From Octopus vulgaris (Eukaryota), in NCBI GenBank assembly GCA_951406725.2, contig OX597815.1:100998001-101062000 (forward strand): a stretch of DNA of 64,000 nucleotides. The letters are read 5' to 3'. Below the pieces are notes generated by a model that was not told where the DNA came from, searched no databases, and saw only the letters and a program-made list of their open reading frames with translations. This document shows, in pieces, positions 11,915-25,011 of the stretch; the first letter of the stretch is position 1; the number at the start of each line of letters is the position of its first letter. The position numbers and the translations under genes were made by a program.

Positions 11915-12769
11915 TTATAGGCCTAGGGTCTGAAGAAACGCTGTAAAGCTAAGCGCTTTATGGACGTGAAATTAAAGGTAACCTGGTAGACCGGCCGTAT
12001 CTATCTATCTATCTATCTACCTACCTATCTGTCTGTCTGTCTGTCTGCTCACACGCGCACACAAAAATCGCTGTGTTAGAACTGGAAACCTTGTGGTAAC
12101 AATCAGTTATGGCTAATTAGCTCAAATCGACAATGAAAGAGCAAACCCATCATGAAAGGAGTATCTGTCGTACCCGTCAGTCAGATGTAATTTTCTTTAT
12201 TTAAAGTTGTAATAAGTGGTTTAAGCAAAATTTAGCTCCTATTTCCAACAGATTGCCTGAGTGATGAATTGGCAGAATCATTAGAGCATCCGATAGCTTA
12301 CCTCACCGTGCATTCTGACTGGTTGGCTCTTGATGGCAAAGGCAACACCGTAGCCATGCTGATCTTCATAGCTTTTGCCCCTTGCAAAAGATGTAGCCAG
12401 CTCCTGTTTCTTCACGCTGGTCTTCACCAGGTAGATAGGTCTCACTCTCCATGTGCTAAGAGACCTTGCTTTTTTGTTATTTCGGAACTGAAAGAACATC
12501 ATACCAGATGCCTTGCATTATTTATTCTGGCTCTTTGCATTTTGTGATCATATCCTGTATTGGCTTACATGGGTAGTAAACTGTTTCCGTCTCTCAGTTT
12601 AAATCCATTAGTCCTGTAGTGGATTCCATTGAACAAGCTTTTGGGCCAGGTTACTGTTCCCCAATCTCGGACACCCTGTGAAGGTTCATAGTCACTGTTT
12701 TCATGTTTGACTAGAAAAAAAAGTGTAGCGCAGAACTGTAGCAAAGAAATGAATCGTCAACTGATAAAT

Positions 12770-13045
12770 CATCATCACCGTTTAACATCCGCTTTCCATG
12801 CTAGCATGGGTTGGACGATTTGACTGAGGACTGGTGAACCAGATGGCTGCACCAGGCTCCAATCTGATCTGGTGAAGCTATCAACTGCTTGTAGTTTTTC
12901 TTCCTGGAATGTGGCAGAAGTTGTTCTCTATCTTCCCAGTTAGCCTTCCTTTGATATTGCTACACCTCTTATGTGTCCATAGCTTACACTGGGTACATCT
13001 TATAGAGTTTCTACCTATGCTTTTTCTACAGATCGAGCAGGGTCA
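12770..13045 (-). mobile_element. RTE LINE 3' tail plus a fragment of the PHD region
   Basis: catcatcaccgtttaacatccgctttccatgctagc tail, followed by sequence matching the PCSICRK...WTHKRC region. Confidence 0.8.
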
Positions 13046-14018
13046 CTTTTTATTGAGTTGTGCCTACAACCAACTGATTAATGTTAGGGAGTAGTTGGAG
13101 TTGTAATTCATAAAAATATCGTGTTTAGGAAAGTGATTGTATGAGATCGTTTACGAGTGCTTGTGTAGTTCATTGCTGTGTAAATTATCAAATTAATGAA
13201 TGATATCAATAAAAATATTTTGGCAATAAGAAATTTAAACAAACAAATGTAGGACATTCCTAGCAAATGATCAACTGCAGTCATTTACAGCAAATCAATG
13301 TATTTATATTAAACTTAAAATTTCCATCATAATTTATGTAAAGTCTTTTAAGACATGTTCCCAATATTAGCTTAATAATGAAAAAGTTATTTTAGTAAAT
13401 CTTTCCAAGTTCTTGATTATGTTAAAAATTTACTGAAATACATAGATGTGTATTTCATTAGGAATATAGCCATGAAACGGTTAAAAAAGCTTACTAATTT
13501 AAACTTGTTAGCTTTTTATTGCCATTGTGTTCTTAAATAATACATTATGAACTTTATATTTAACTTTTGAATATTTGTACTATAATATGTTAATGTATAT
13601 ATACTATAATGTTAGTATAATATAATACACCCACTAATATTGGTCCTTGTATGGTTTTGTGTTTGAGAAGTTTGCTTCACGACATATTTCTTCTCAGTTT
13701 AGTCCTGCTGTTCAAGCCCATGGACTGGACTGTGACCATTTTTTGCTCAGTTTAACATTGTCAACAGGCCCACAGGTGCCTTTTGCTGAGCCCCTCTATT
13801 GCAAGCATTCAGCTAGGTGAAGACAAAATAAGATGTAGTTTCTTCCTCCCTTATCCTTACCTGTTCCCAAGAAGTGTGGGGACTCCAAAATGTTAGAGGT
13901 ACCGAAAAAGCCATACCTGCTTATTCAGTGAAGATAATATTTCTTAAAACATGACTAATATAAATGAAATCGTCTATCAGCTTGTCAGGTAATTTTAATT
14001 TTCTATTGATTATCTTAG

Positions 14019-14113
14019 ATGACTTTAAACCAGCATCGGTTGATGTTACAAAAGAAGCTGCTTTAGAAGTTGGTGAGAAAAACCAAGTTACAATAACTGT
14101 GCCACATATTGAG
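14019..14113 (+). CDS. EAF: EAF exon 2 (Y-DFKPASVDVTKEAALEVGEKNQVTITVPHIE)
   Basis: Diagnostic EAF motif YDFKPAS. AG/GTAAG boundaries with consistent phase. Confidence 0.95.
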
Positions 14114-14302
14114 GTAAGTTAGGATTATTGTATTGCAAAAAATCAGGCTAACTACCACACTGCATTCTGTCTTTAATTAAATTTAATTCCAGGAATTGTC
14201 TTTCTTGCTTTTCTTAATCAGAATTAATAACTCAGCTAATAATTTTTTCTATTCAGTACAGTCGTAGTTGTAATTGCCTCACTCATCATCATCATGTATA
14301 TA

Positions 14303-14814
14303 CCGTAAATCCTCGAGTATAGTCCGCCCTTGAGTATAATACGCAGGGGATTTTTATGGGGCTGTACCTTTGAAAAATCTAAACATTGTGTATAATACGC
14401 ACCCCTTCTCTAACTTGAGTCAAGGAGGTCTATATAACGTCCTTGGTTTGTAAAAATGTATACTGTAGTGTCCTTTATTATTATTGTATATATAACATAA
14501 TGCTAACGTGTAGCTTTTTTGTGTATTTTGTTGGCAGAAAATAAAGAAATAACAGTTATAACGTTTAATAAATGTTGCTTACTGCAAGTTATGGATGATT
14601 CTTTTATGACTTCATTGCTTTCAGGCTTAGCTGAAGGTATTTTTGCGCCCAACATCACAAAATCTGTCTGCATAAACATTGCTGAACAGCAAATAGAGAC
14701 TCGGACTTTGTTTAGGAAATATTTTTCATTTTTAACCTCGTATATAGTACGCACTAAGGATTTTGACCTTTATATTTTGGGAAAAAAATGCAGATTATAC
14801 TCAAGGATTTACGG
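14303..14814. mobile_element. Tc1/mariner-superfamily (Tc2-like) MITE
   Basis: TIRs ccgtaaatcctcgagtata and tatactcaaggatttacgg, with TA on both flanks. Confidence 0.85.
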
Positions 14815-14944
14815 TATATATATATATATATATATGTTAGCTTTTTATATATATATCATCACATGTATACATACACATCATCATTATATATATATATATA
14901 TATATCATTATCATCATATATATACACACACACATATATCATCA

Positions 14945-15088
14945 TTATCATCATCATCATCGTTTAACATCCGCTTTCCATGCTAGCATGGGTTGGATGG
15001 TTCAACTGGGTTCTGGGAAGCCAGAAGGCTGCACCAGGCCCAGTCTGATCTGGCAGTGTTTCTACAGCTGGATGCCCTTCCTAACGCC

Positions 15089-15130
<42 letters not shown>

Positions 15131-16320
15131 TCATCATCATCGTTTAACGTCCGTTTTCCATGGCATGGGTTGGACGGTTTGACTGAGGTCTGGAGAGCTA
15201 GCGGCTGCACCAGGCTCCAATCTGATCTGGCAAAGTTTCTACAGCTGGATGCTCGTCCTGAGAGTGTAGTGGGTGCTTTTTATGTGCCACTGGCACAGGA
15301 GCTGGTCAGGTGGGCCTGGCTTTGATCATGTTTGGATAGTGTTTTTTATGTGCCACCAGCATGGGACCCAGTCAGGGGGAACTGGCCACAGCTACAATAT
15401 TGGTTTTACTTGACTCAAGCATACAGGTCTTCTCAAGCATATATTGCCTGATGCATCAGGGGTATTCTTAACAGGGCCGCACATGTGTGGCTGCGATCTC
15501 ACTTTTGTTGCCAGGTCTTCTCAGTCATAGCATATCTCCAAAGGTCCTGGTCTCCTGTCATTGCCTCTGTGAGGCCCAATATTTGACGGCCATGCTTCAC
15601 TACCTTGTCCCATGTCTTCCTGGGTCTACTTCCACAGGTTCCTTCTACAGTTAGGGAGTGGCACTTTCTCACGCAGCTGTCTTCATCCATATGTAACACA
15701 TAACCATACTAGCACAGTCGCCTCTCTTGCACACCACATTTGATGCTTCTTATGCCCAACTTTTCTCTCAGGGCACTTACACTCTGTCATGTATGCACAT
15801 TACATTACACATCCAGCGGATCATACTAGCTTCATTTCTTTCAAGCCTACGCATGTCCTCAGCATGCATGGTCCATGTTTCACTGCCGTGTAGCATGTCA
15901 GTTCGCACACATGCATCTTACAGTCTACCTTTCACCCTGAGCAAGAGACCTTTAGCTGTCAACAGAGGTAGGAGCTCCCTGAACTTTGCCCAGGCTATTC
16001 TTACTCTAGTTGCTTCACTCTCAGAGCAGCTACCCTCACTACAGACTTGGTCACCTGGGTAGTGGAAGCTATTAACTACTTCTGGTTTTTCCCCTTGACA
16101 TGTGATGTAATCCGTTTTCTGTATATCATATATATATATATAAATATATTTATATATACATATCATATATCAATCCTGGCGTTAGGAAGGGCATCCAGCT
16201 GTAGAAACTCTGCCAGATCAAGATTGGAGCCTGGTGCAGCCATCTAGTTCACCAGCCCTCAATCAAATCATCCAACCCATGCTAGCATGGAAAGCAGATG
16301 TTAAACGATGATGATGATAA
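14945..16320. mobile_element. Cluster of RTE LINE pieces: minus tail (~14945-15090), 5'-truncated minus copy (~15128-16125), plus tail (~16175-16320), separated by (TA)n
   Basis: Shared tail sequence. Minus-strand peptides GRPRKTWD..VKH and RVRIAWAKFRELLPLL. Confidence 0.85.
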
Positions 16321-17066
16321 TATATATATATAATAAATTAATAAATAAAATAAAACATATGCATATATACATACATATATGTACGTACCTACCTCTACAT
16401 GTATATATACATGCATATATGGGTACAGGACACCAAAAAAACGTCGAACACAATGAGAAACGAAAACATAAACACAAAACCAAAGAAATGGACATTTTCT
16501 TAAACAACGATAAAATAGAGTACAGGACATACAATACAAGGAAAATTCCCCTTCTTCAGTCGCCTTTGTTTCATCTACTCCATGTTTTGAAGGTCAAGGC
16601 GAGACACGACTTTAATGAAACATTCCTTCCTGCGAAAAGCAAATTAAATAAAATTTGAGATTTTTTGGCGGAGGGGTAAAAATGGTAACAAAAAACAGGA
16701 CAGTAAAGACAGTACAAAATATAAACAGTAAAGGACAGGACAAGGAGAATAACAGTAACACAAACATTGAGAGCTGTTAAGCCAGAATGAACGAAAAAAT
16801 ATTATGAACGGTTTTGAGGACGGCAAGAGAGAGACAGGAAAGCCATCCACACTTGAAGGAAGCCAGGTCAGAAAGACAGTAGCAGAGCTCTCGTCACGGA
16901 TCAATGATGGGAGGGAGGAGGAGGAGCAAGAGAAAGGGAGAGAAAAAAAGGGAATGGTTGTAGAGAAAACCAGAAAGAATGAAGAATGAGAGAGAGAGGG
17001 AGAGACAGTAAGGTAGAAGAAAAGGAAACCCGAAAGGTTAAGAGTGTGCATCATTATTAATATTAA

Positions 17067-17109
<43 letters not shown>

Positions 17110-17560
17110 TATCATCACATATAATGATTTTGCTTCGACATAGCAATACTCATAACCTGTTAGAACTTAATATGCATATGCTTCAGAAAAATGTTATGTG
17201 ATTACATGAAATTAAAGAAATAGCAAAGAAACAGGAATTACATAATCAGCCTTGTTAGCTGTTTCTGCTATAAGATGCAGTGCATTCAGAGGTGAGTACT
17301 TATGCATCACCTTATTGCTCCTTGGAGCTTCTAAAAAAATATATAGCTCTGAGGAAGTTACAAGTGATGCACAAGCAGTCAAATCTTGGTGCACTGCATC
17401 TTATAGCAGAAACACCTGTAAGCTAATAAGGTTGATTGCATAATTCCTCCCTTGTCATTTCTTGAATTTCATTAAATATATGTATATATATATCATCATC
17501 ATCATCATCGTTATATATATTTATCTTTAATTTCATTCTATGTATACACATATATATATA

Positions 17561-18310
17561 CAGTGGGGGGGGGGCAGTTCCACTAATCCACTAACAGCTA
17601 ATTAGCAAAGCTAACTTTTCATTTAGCTGATTAGCATTTCCGCTAACTTTGAAAGCTGTTAGCGGACCAGTTAGCTTCTGCTAAATTTAGTTCCGCTAAC
17701 TTTCACCTGTTTTGGCAGGAGCAGTATAATAACAGCCAGGTTAGCTGGGTAACAAATGCCATGGAGACTGTCATAGAAACAGCCCTAATGGAGACCAGTG
17801 AGGAGGGCAACAGCACCACCAGTGATTTCTTCAGCAACATCACCTGGTTCTTGAAGAGCAGGGGTCACAGGTCTCTGAAATCCAAGGCGCAGAACTTGGT
17901 GAGGATCTGGCTGGAGGCTGTCTCTAAGGGGGTCCTGACTTTTTGGGCGAGCAGGCCTTAATCGACCTGTTCACCTAACACCTCCATCTCATTCAATGCT
18001 GCGCCTATTCTCTTTAGGCAAAGATATTTTGAGGGCCAAGAGAGCCACCCTGTCAGATGATAACTTGAGAGGCTGATGTTTATGAAGGGCAACAGGCATC
18101 ACATTAAGGTGATGGAGAAGGCCCAGCCAGAGTAGTACATCTTGATCATCATCTGATCTTGACATGATATTTATGCTATACTATATCTTTTTGATTCATT
18201 TAATACTTTTTGTACAGTAAATAAAGTGTATGTTGACTGAAAAACTAATGTTTAATTTCATTTGTTCATTTAATTATTTGCATACACCTTAATCGTCATC
18301 TGATCTTGGC
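17561..18310 (+). mobile_element. hAT DNA transposon remnant
   Basis: CAGTG start after TA, gctaac-rich subterminal repeats, and a C-terminal dimerisation-like motif LFSLGKDILRAKRATLSDDN..RLMFMKGN at ~18005-18095. Confidence 0.7.
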
Positions 18311-18409
18311 ATGCTACACCTTTTCGGAAAGCTCATTGTCTAAGCTACAACATGAAACTTTTAGTTCTCTAGGTCTGTTTTTAGAGGCTTTAGAGCCAAA
18401 AAACCAAAT

Positions 18410-18745
18410 CGCAAATCCCTTCAGGTAGATGGCTCTGTTCGATCTGTAGAAAAGGTGTAAGTAGAAACTGCATAAGATGTACCCTCTTGAGCTACAGATA
18501 TATAAGAGTTGCAGCAATATCAGGGGAAGGTTAACAGGGAAAATAGTTTGTGTGTGTAGAAGATGTACAGGTACAATTAACACTAAAAATGTACAGAAAA
18601 TTGACTCCATCAAATGCCGGAGGGGAAAACTAGAAGTAGTTGATAGCTTCCGTTACCTAGGTGACCAAGTCAGTAGTGGAGGTAGATGCTCCGAGAGCCA
18701 TAGTAACCATGCCAAATCAGATTGGAACCTAGTGCAGCTCCCTAG
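18410..18745 (+). mobile_element. RTE LINE fragment (PHD/thumb region)
   Basis: CSNIRGRLTGKIVCVCRRC...LEVVDSFRYLGDQV, as in the other copies. Confidence 0.8.
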
Positions 18746-20134
18746 CTTACCACTTCTCTAAATGAATAATGAGCAGTTTTTCTGAAGGAAATTAAACTTG
18801 CACAATGGGCTGAAATTTGATTGCTGAACCATGGGGAGACTACACAGGTGGATAAGTGTCTGGATGTCCATTTACCTAACAGTTTAAAATTTGAACAGCA
18901 AACCACATATGTACTATGCACATGTTTAAAGTGCTTGGAGAGCATATATGAATGGTACACTAAATGAATAGTAAGCAGTTTTCTAAAGAAAATTATATTC
19001 AGCCGAACTGAAATTTGAACATCAAACCACCAGTAGACTATCCTCACATATAAGTAGTTGGGAGAGTGTGTATGAATTGTTCATTAATATCCATGTACAC
19101 AGTTCATGTAGCTTGCAAATTTTAAAATTTTATATATAAATTTTACAAATAAGCATTCCATTTATGGAATTTCTCTCAATGTACTACAGATTTATATATA
19201 CATGTATATATGGTTTAGAATCTGTTGTTGATTCAGTAACCATTGATTTTCTTCTTTTATTACCATTTCAATTCCTTATTTATAATAATTATGCTTATAT
19301 CTAACATTAGCACAAATCAATTAATTTTTGGAGAGATGTTTGGCTGACTATATCAGTCTCAGAAAGATGGTCAAGTAAATGTATCCCAGCAGAATTTGAG
19401 CTCAGGACGTAAAGGGGACATAACTAAATACCACAAGGTATTTTTTGTTTTGTTCCTTCCAATCCATCATCCCATTTAATAATATTAATTTTTTATAGAT
19501 ATACATAAGATCAATTATTTGATTGAGTTGGTTAGATGAAAAAAAAAATCAACCCTTCTACTTGACTGATACTTTGTTTTATTGATCCCGGAGGGATGAA
19601 ATGCAAAGTTGACCACAGCAGGATTTGAACTCAAGAATATTAAGTAACTAAATACTGCAAGGCTTTTTGCCTGGTGGTTATGACATTGGACCAATGGCAT
19701 CATGATCATAAGCTTAAATTGTATTGAGCAAGACATATAACTCCTTTGTTCTAGATTGTGTGACTGGTTAAAAATTTCACTTTGAGCATACTCCATGGCT
19801 ATTTAGTCTTTAGTAGGAAGTGCACTCAGCTGTAATAAACAATTATTCTAATTGTTTACATTCACTAACGGATTCATGAGACTGCCACCTACTTAACCTT
19901 TCTACTGTCTAATAAAGCTACAACAGAAGGAACACACTTGGACATATCCGCAAAGAAAGAAGATACAGTAGAATTAGACTCTAGCTTGGTTCATGGCTTA
20001 TGGTAGGCAATGGTAAATAAATCACCTCGCTCTCATGCAAGCAAGTTAAAAGAGATTTAAAATAGTAAATAAAATTTTTAAAAATTGTGTTGAGAAATGA
20101 CTTAAATTGGTATTTATTTTCCATCTGTCTTCAG

Positions 20135-20271
20135 AGTTCAGGTACGACACACACTGTGTATAAAGGAAATAAAAGGACATGTCCAAAAGAGTGTGTCCTT
20201 ATTATTGATAATGCCTCCGGATCAGTTACACTGGAAAAACTCTCCAACACCATACAAGTGAAGAAAACTAG
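20135..20271 (+). CDS. EAF: EAF exon 3 ([46 protein letters not shown])
   Basis: EAF core (KGNKR...KECVLII...LEKL...IQVKKTR). AG/GTAAG boundaries. Confidence 0.95.
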
Positions 20272-20458
20272 GTAAGTGTGACAGTCTCATTAAAGAGATT
20301 TTAATTGGATTTAGTTATTGTTTAGCACTCCCCACCCCAGCCCTACTTCTGTCCTGATCTAGCTAGCCTATGATGAAAGAATTTCCTCCTATGATCAACT
20401 TGTTTTTTTGCACACCAGGGATTATATTGTCCAGTATATATTTTATAATATAAGCTGA

Positions 20459-20690
20459 AGGCAGCGAGCTGGCAGAAACGTTAGCACGCCGGGTGAAATG
20501 TGTAGCTGTATTTCGTTTGCCGTTACGTTCTGAGTTCAAATTCCACCGAGGTTGACTTTGCCATTCATCCTTTCGGGGTCGATAAATTAAGTACCAGTTA
20601 CGCCCTGAGGTTGATGTAATCGACTTGATCCGTTTGTCTGTCCTTGTTTGTCCTCTCTGTGTTTAGCCCCTTGTGGGTAGTAAAGAAATA
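20459..20690 (+). mobile_element. tRNA-derived SINE, family A (further copies or fragments at ~10930, ~19550 minus, ~41215, ~43750)
   Basis: A-box-like tggcagaaacgttag, B-box gagttcaaattcc, and a conserved core catcctttcggggtcgataaattaagtaccag that recurs in the window. Confidence 0.75.
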
Positions 20691-20884
20691 TATATATTTT
20701 ATAATATAAGCTGGTAGAGTGTGTGTGTGCGCGCGCGTGTGCACACACACACACACACACAAATATATACAGAGAGTGATGAAAGCAATGATCTAGTCAT
20801 ATATACATATACACAGTAAATATATGATCATGCGCGCACACACACGTACACATACACACACACACACACAGTGAAGATGTAGCC

Positions 20885-21245
20885 ACAGGAGTGGCTGTGT
20901 GGTAAGAAGCTTGCTTACCAGCCACATGGTTCCAGGTTCAGTCCCATTGCATGGCACCTTGGGCAAGTGTCTTCTAATATAGCCTTGTGAGTGGATTTGG
21001 TAGATGGAAACTGAAAGAAGCCTGTTGTGTATATAGATGTATGTATGTATGTGTGTGTTTCTGTATTTATTTATTTATTTGTGTGTCAGTGTTTGTCTCC
21101 CCACCATTGCTTGACAACTGATATTGGTGTGTTTCTGCCCTTGTAACTTAGCAGATTGGCAAAAGAATACGTCCTGAGATTTGTTTGACTAAAGGTGGTA
21201 CTCCAGCATGGCTGCAGTCAAATGACTGAAACAAGTAAACGAATA
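20885..21245 (+). mobile_element. tRNA-derived SINE, family B (further copies at ~22520, ~27240 minus, ~53975 minus, ~55390)
   Basis: A box tggctgtgtggtaag, B box ggttcagtccc, core caccttgggcaagtg, and ggaaactgaaagaagcc followed by a microsatellite. Confidence 0.75.
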
Positions 21246-22344
21246 AAGAAAATATATATGTGACTCGTAAAAATATATATGTGGCACATAAAAAGCACCC
21301 ACTACACTCACGGAATGGTTGGCGTTAGGAAGGGCATCCAGCTGTAGAAACACTGCCAGATCAGACTGGAGCCTAGTGCAGCCTCCTAGCTTCCCAGACC
21401 CCGGTCGAACCATCCAACCCATGCTAGCATGGAGAACGGACGTTAAACGATGATGATGATGATGTGACAAATATTTGTTCCACTGTTGATGTACAAGTGT
21501 TCAAAAGGAAAGTTAACTGAATCAATTTCACCAGTCACAAAGACCTGCAAAGGTCAAGAGCACATCTCTTTCCTCCAGATTTATCCAATACAAAACAAAA
21601 AATGATTCATGCTCAAATATATTTCAGGACCTATCCTGTTACTTCATTTTGTGTCTACATAAATGACTTTACCGCAGTGGTTCTCAATCAATTTTTGTCT
21701 ATGGACTCCTTGGATTCATATGTTACTATACTGGACCTCCATAGCCATTCAAACCTCATTGATCATCATCATAATCATCATCATCATTTAATGATGATTG
21801 TAACATTTTATGAAAAAGAACATTTTATTTGGATAGGAAGTTGGAATGTTCATGACTGAAACCATTTAAAAAAAAAAAATTGTATCTATTCTTCTTACAA
21901 CATCATCATTGCTTATAGATATTCAGTGTGCCAATAACCATTTCACTATGTTTCTAATGACAAGAATGGCAAAGCAGTATTTGAAACTGAGCATATTGCA
22001 AGAGACTTTATTCATAAAGCAGTGTTTTGGGTATTTTCTCACTGGTGTTATATCCTTGACTGATATACATTGCCAAAAGATATAAACTTACACATACAAC
22101 AGGCTTCCAGCCAGTTTCTATCTACCAAATACTACTCACAAGTTATTGGTTACCCTAAAGATATACTAGAAGTTTCCTGAAACATGGCCAACTTAAAGTA
22201 TTAAAAGCAACAACTTCACAACTTTCTATGCAATATATTTATAACATCTTATACTGATCAGTAATGACAATCATCAGTCATGAAAAAATATAATCTTTAT
22301 TTTTTTAATTATATAGTTATTTTTACTTCTTTTTCTATTTTTAG

Positions 22345-22508
22345 AGCTGAAGGTTCTAGTCGTCTTTCTATGAGGCCACTCACTCCTGTTGACAGTAGTA
22401 AAATGAAAACATCACCTCCGAAAAGTGGCAAAATGTCTCAGCATAGTCCATCTTCCTTTAAAGAGTGTTCTCCAGCTTTGACACCAGTTGAACCTGATAA
22501 CAACAGAG
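22345..22508 (+). CDS. EAF: EAF exon 4 (AEGSSRLSMRPLTP...PDNNR)
   Basis: Continues the conserved KKTR-AEGSS. Polypyrimidine/AG acceptor and GTAAG donor; phase fits. Confidence 0.9.
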
Positions 22509-22805
22509 GTAAGTAATATATAAGTTTGCTTCCCAACCACATAGTTTTGGGTTCAGTCCCACTGAGTGGCATCTTGTTTATTATAACCCCATGTTGACCA
22601 AAGCCTTATGGGTGAATTTGGTTGATGGAAACTGAAAGAAACCTGTCATACATATATCGTCATCCTCATCATTCCAAGCTGGCATGGGCTGGATGATTTG
22701 ACAGGAGCTGGCTTGGTAGAAGACTGCACCAGATGTCTGTGTCTGTTTTGGCATGCTTCTTATAGCAGGATGCCCTTCCTAACATCAACCACTCCACAGA
22801 GTGCA

Positions 22806-22838
<33 letters not shown>

Positions 22839-22874
22839 TGTATTTTGGGACGGTCATTTTTTTTTTCAAATAAA

Positions 22875-23560
22875 TACACACACTATATATTTGTTCTTCA
22901 CTCGTCTATTATTGTTCTTATTCTAACTCATGTCTATTGTCCAAAAATCTTCCATCACACATCTGTGACCTCCTCAGTGACACTTTCCATATTGTGTGTG
23001 CTCTTGCTCTGCTTATTCTATTCTGTTCTTCTATGATGTGTATCCTTATATGCACATGAATCTGTGTTTTGTGTGTGTGTGATTGTTCTTAGTAGCATTA
23101 TGATCCTCTCCTCAGGCCTGTCCCCTGCCCTGTTGAGTGCTGCTGCTGCCCTTAAACTCGATTTTTTGTACCATTCTTGTAACTCACTGTGCTTGTGTGT
23201 TTGACCACGATGGCAGCAGCATGGGCGAACATACAAACACAGTAAGTTACAAGAACGGTACAAAAAGTCGGGTTCAAGGGCAGCAGCAATGGCAACTGGG
23301 TAGGGGACATGGCTGGGGAGCGGGTCGTAATGCTACTCAGAACAGTGACTTATATGCACACAAACACAGACACATGTGCATATAAGGATACACATCATAG
23401 AAGAACAGAATGGAATAAGTGGAACAGGAGCACTCACGAAGATGGAAAGTGTCGCTGAGAAGGTCACACAGGAATGACAAAAGACTTCTGGACAATGGAT
23501 ATGAGTTAAAATAAGAACAGTAATAAATGAGTGAAGAACGAATATATAGTGCATGTGGTT
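22875..23560. repeat. ~700-bp foldback palindrome in EAF intron 4
   Basis: The arms are reverse complements meeting near 23215. The ORF track shows near-identical peptides on opposite strands (HYIFVLHS..VLILTH..CP). Confidence 0.88.
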
Positions 23561-23694
23561 AATTGGGAGAAAAATAAATAAATAAATGAACTACAACAAT
23601 ATCTATTCAACACACAACTTCACATCAAGAATCATGCAACACAAATTCATAAACATGTGTGTGTATATATATACACATATATATATGTATACAC

Positions 23695-23726
<32 letters not shown>

Positions 23727-23814
23727 GCGTGTGCGTGTGTGTGTGTGTGTGCATGCGTGCATATGTGTGTGTGTTTGTGTGCATGTATATATGCAGTTTG
23801 TGTGTATGTATATA

Positions 23815-25011
23815 TGTGGGTTTTTTGTACTTCTTTTATTTTTCAAAATTAAGATAAACAGTTCATTTTTAATCTAAAATATACTCTCCTGCATTTTCTA
23901 CAATGCTCTTCCATCTATCTAGTAGACTGGCAAGGCTCCTCTTCCAAAATTTACTTGTCCGTGACAAAAAATACTCCTCGAGTACTGTACTGACCTCATC
24001 TACAGAATTCATATTTTTTCTGTCCAAATGATTTTGAAGAATGCAGAATAAATGATAATCAGATGGGTCACTGTCCATCGATTATGGTGGATGGGGCATC
24101 ATTTCTCATTTAAATTGATCCAGCTTTGGAATATCATCCTTGATGTATGTGGCCAAACATTATCCTGATGGAAGAACACCTTTCATCTTGAAACCAAAGA
24201 TGGTCGTTTTTCTTTTAGTGCTGTCTTGAATGACTGGTTGAATGGCCAAATCCAAGCTTCTCTGCTAGTTCTTCAATGGTTATGATGGGATTTTGTTCCA
24301 CCAGGGTTTGCAGGACATCCTCGTCGAGCTCTAAAGATCTTCCAGGATGAGGCTTGTCTTCTAGGCTGTAGTTTTTGGTTCAGAATTTTGGAATCATTGT
24401 TGACACTGGCTTATGCTTATTGTCTGATCTCCATCTCCATCATCATCATCATCATCATCGTTTAACGTCCGCTTTCCATACTAGCATGGGTTGGACGATT
24501 TGACTGAGGACTGGCGAACCAGATGGCTGCACCAGGCTCCAATCTCGATCTGGCAGAGTTTCTACAGCTGGATGCCCTTCTTAATGCCAACCACTCCGAA
24601 AGTGTAATGGGTGCTTTTCGTGCCACCAGCATGAGGGCCAGTCAGGCGGTACTGGCAACAGCCATGCTCAAATGTGTTTTTTACGTGCCACCTGCACAGG
24701 AGTCAGTCCAGCAGCACTGGCAATGACCTTGTTACTGCATTAATATTCCTTGCACTTTCTGTTGCATTGTTGCCTTTATTGAATCCATAAAGCAAAATAT
24801 GCCGAATATGCTCCTTTATTTCTTCTATTATAGCTTTGAAAAAGTAACTGTTAGAATCAAACTGCACTCTTCAAAACTTGTACTAAGAATAAGGACAAGG
24901 TAAAATTACTACCTGCTTTTATAGCAAGTTGATGCAGGTAGCTTATCCCATCACCCTCTATCTTTTAGCTTGTGCAATTGAATAAACCACATTATTTATG
25001 GGAAAACCCAA
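23815..25011 (-). mobile_element. Decayed mariner transposon interrupted by an RTE tail (~24440-24730)
   Basis: PSDYHLF...LQNHL...RWKSIVENAGEYI is a mariner transposase C-terminus. A TIR-like ttgggttttcccataaataatgtgg (minus strand) ends at TA near 25011. Confidence 0.85.

Noticed and set aside
14519-14986. 155-aa ORF as a host gene
   Set aside because: It lies within a MITE and adjacent microsatellite, with no recognisable domain.
20459-21000. tRNA genes
   Set aside because: A and B boxes are present, but there is no full cloverleaf and they run into repeated SINE bodies.
23586-23877. ORFs rich in CV/HT/YI repeats here and elsewhere
   Set aside because: They are translations of (TG)n and (TA)n microsatellites.
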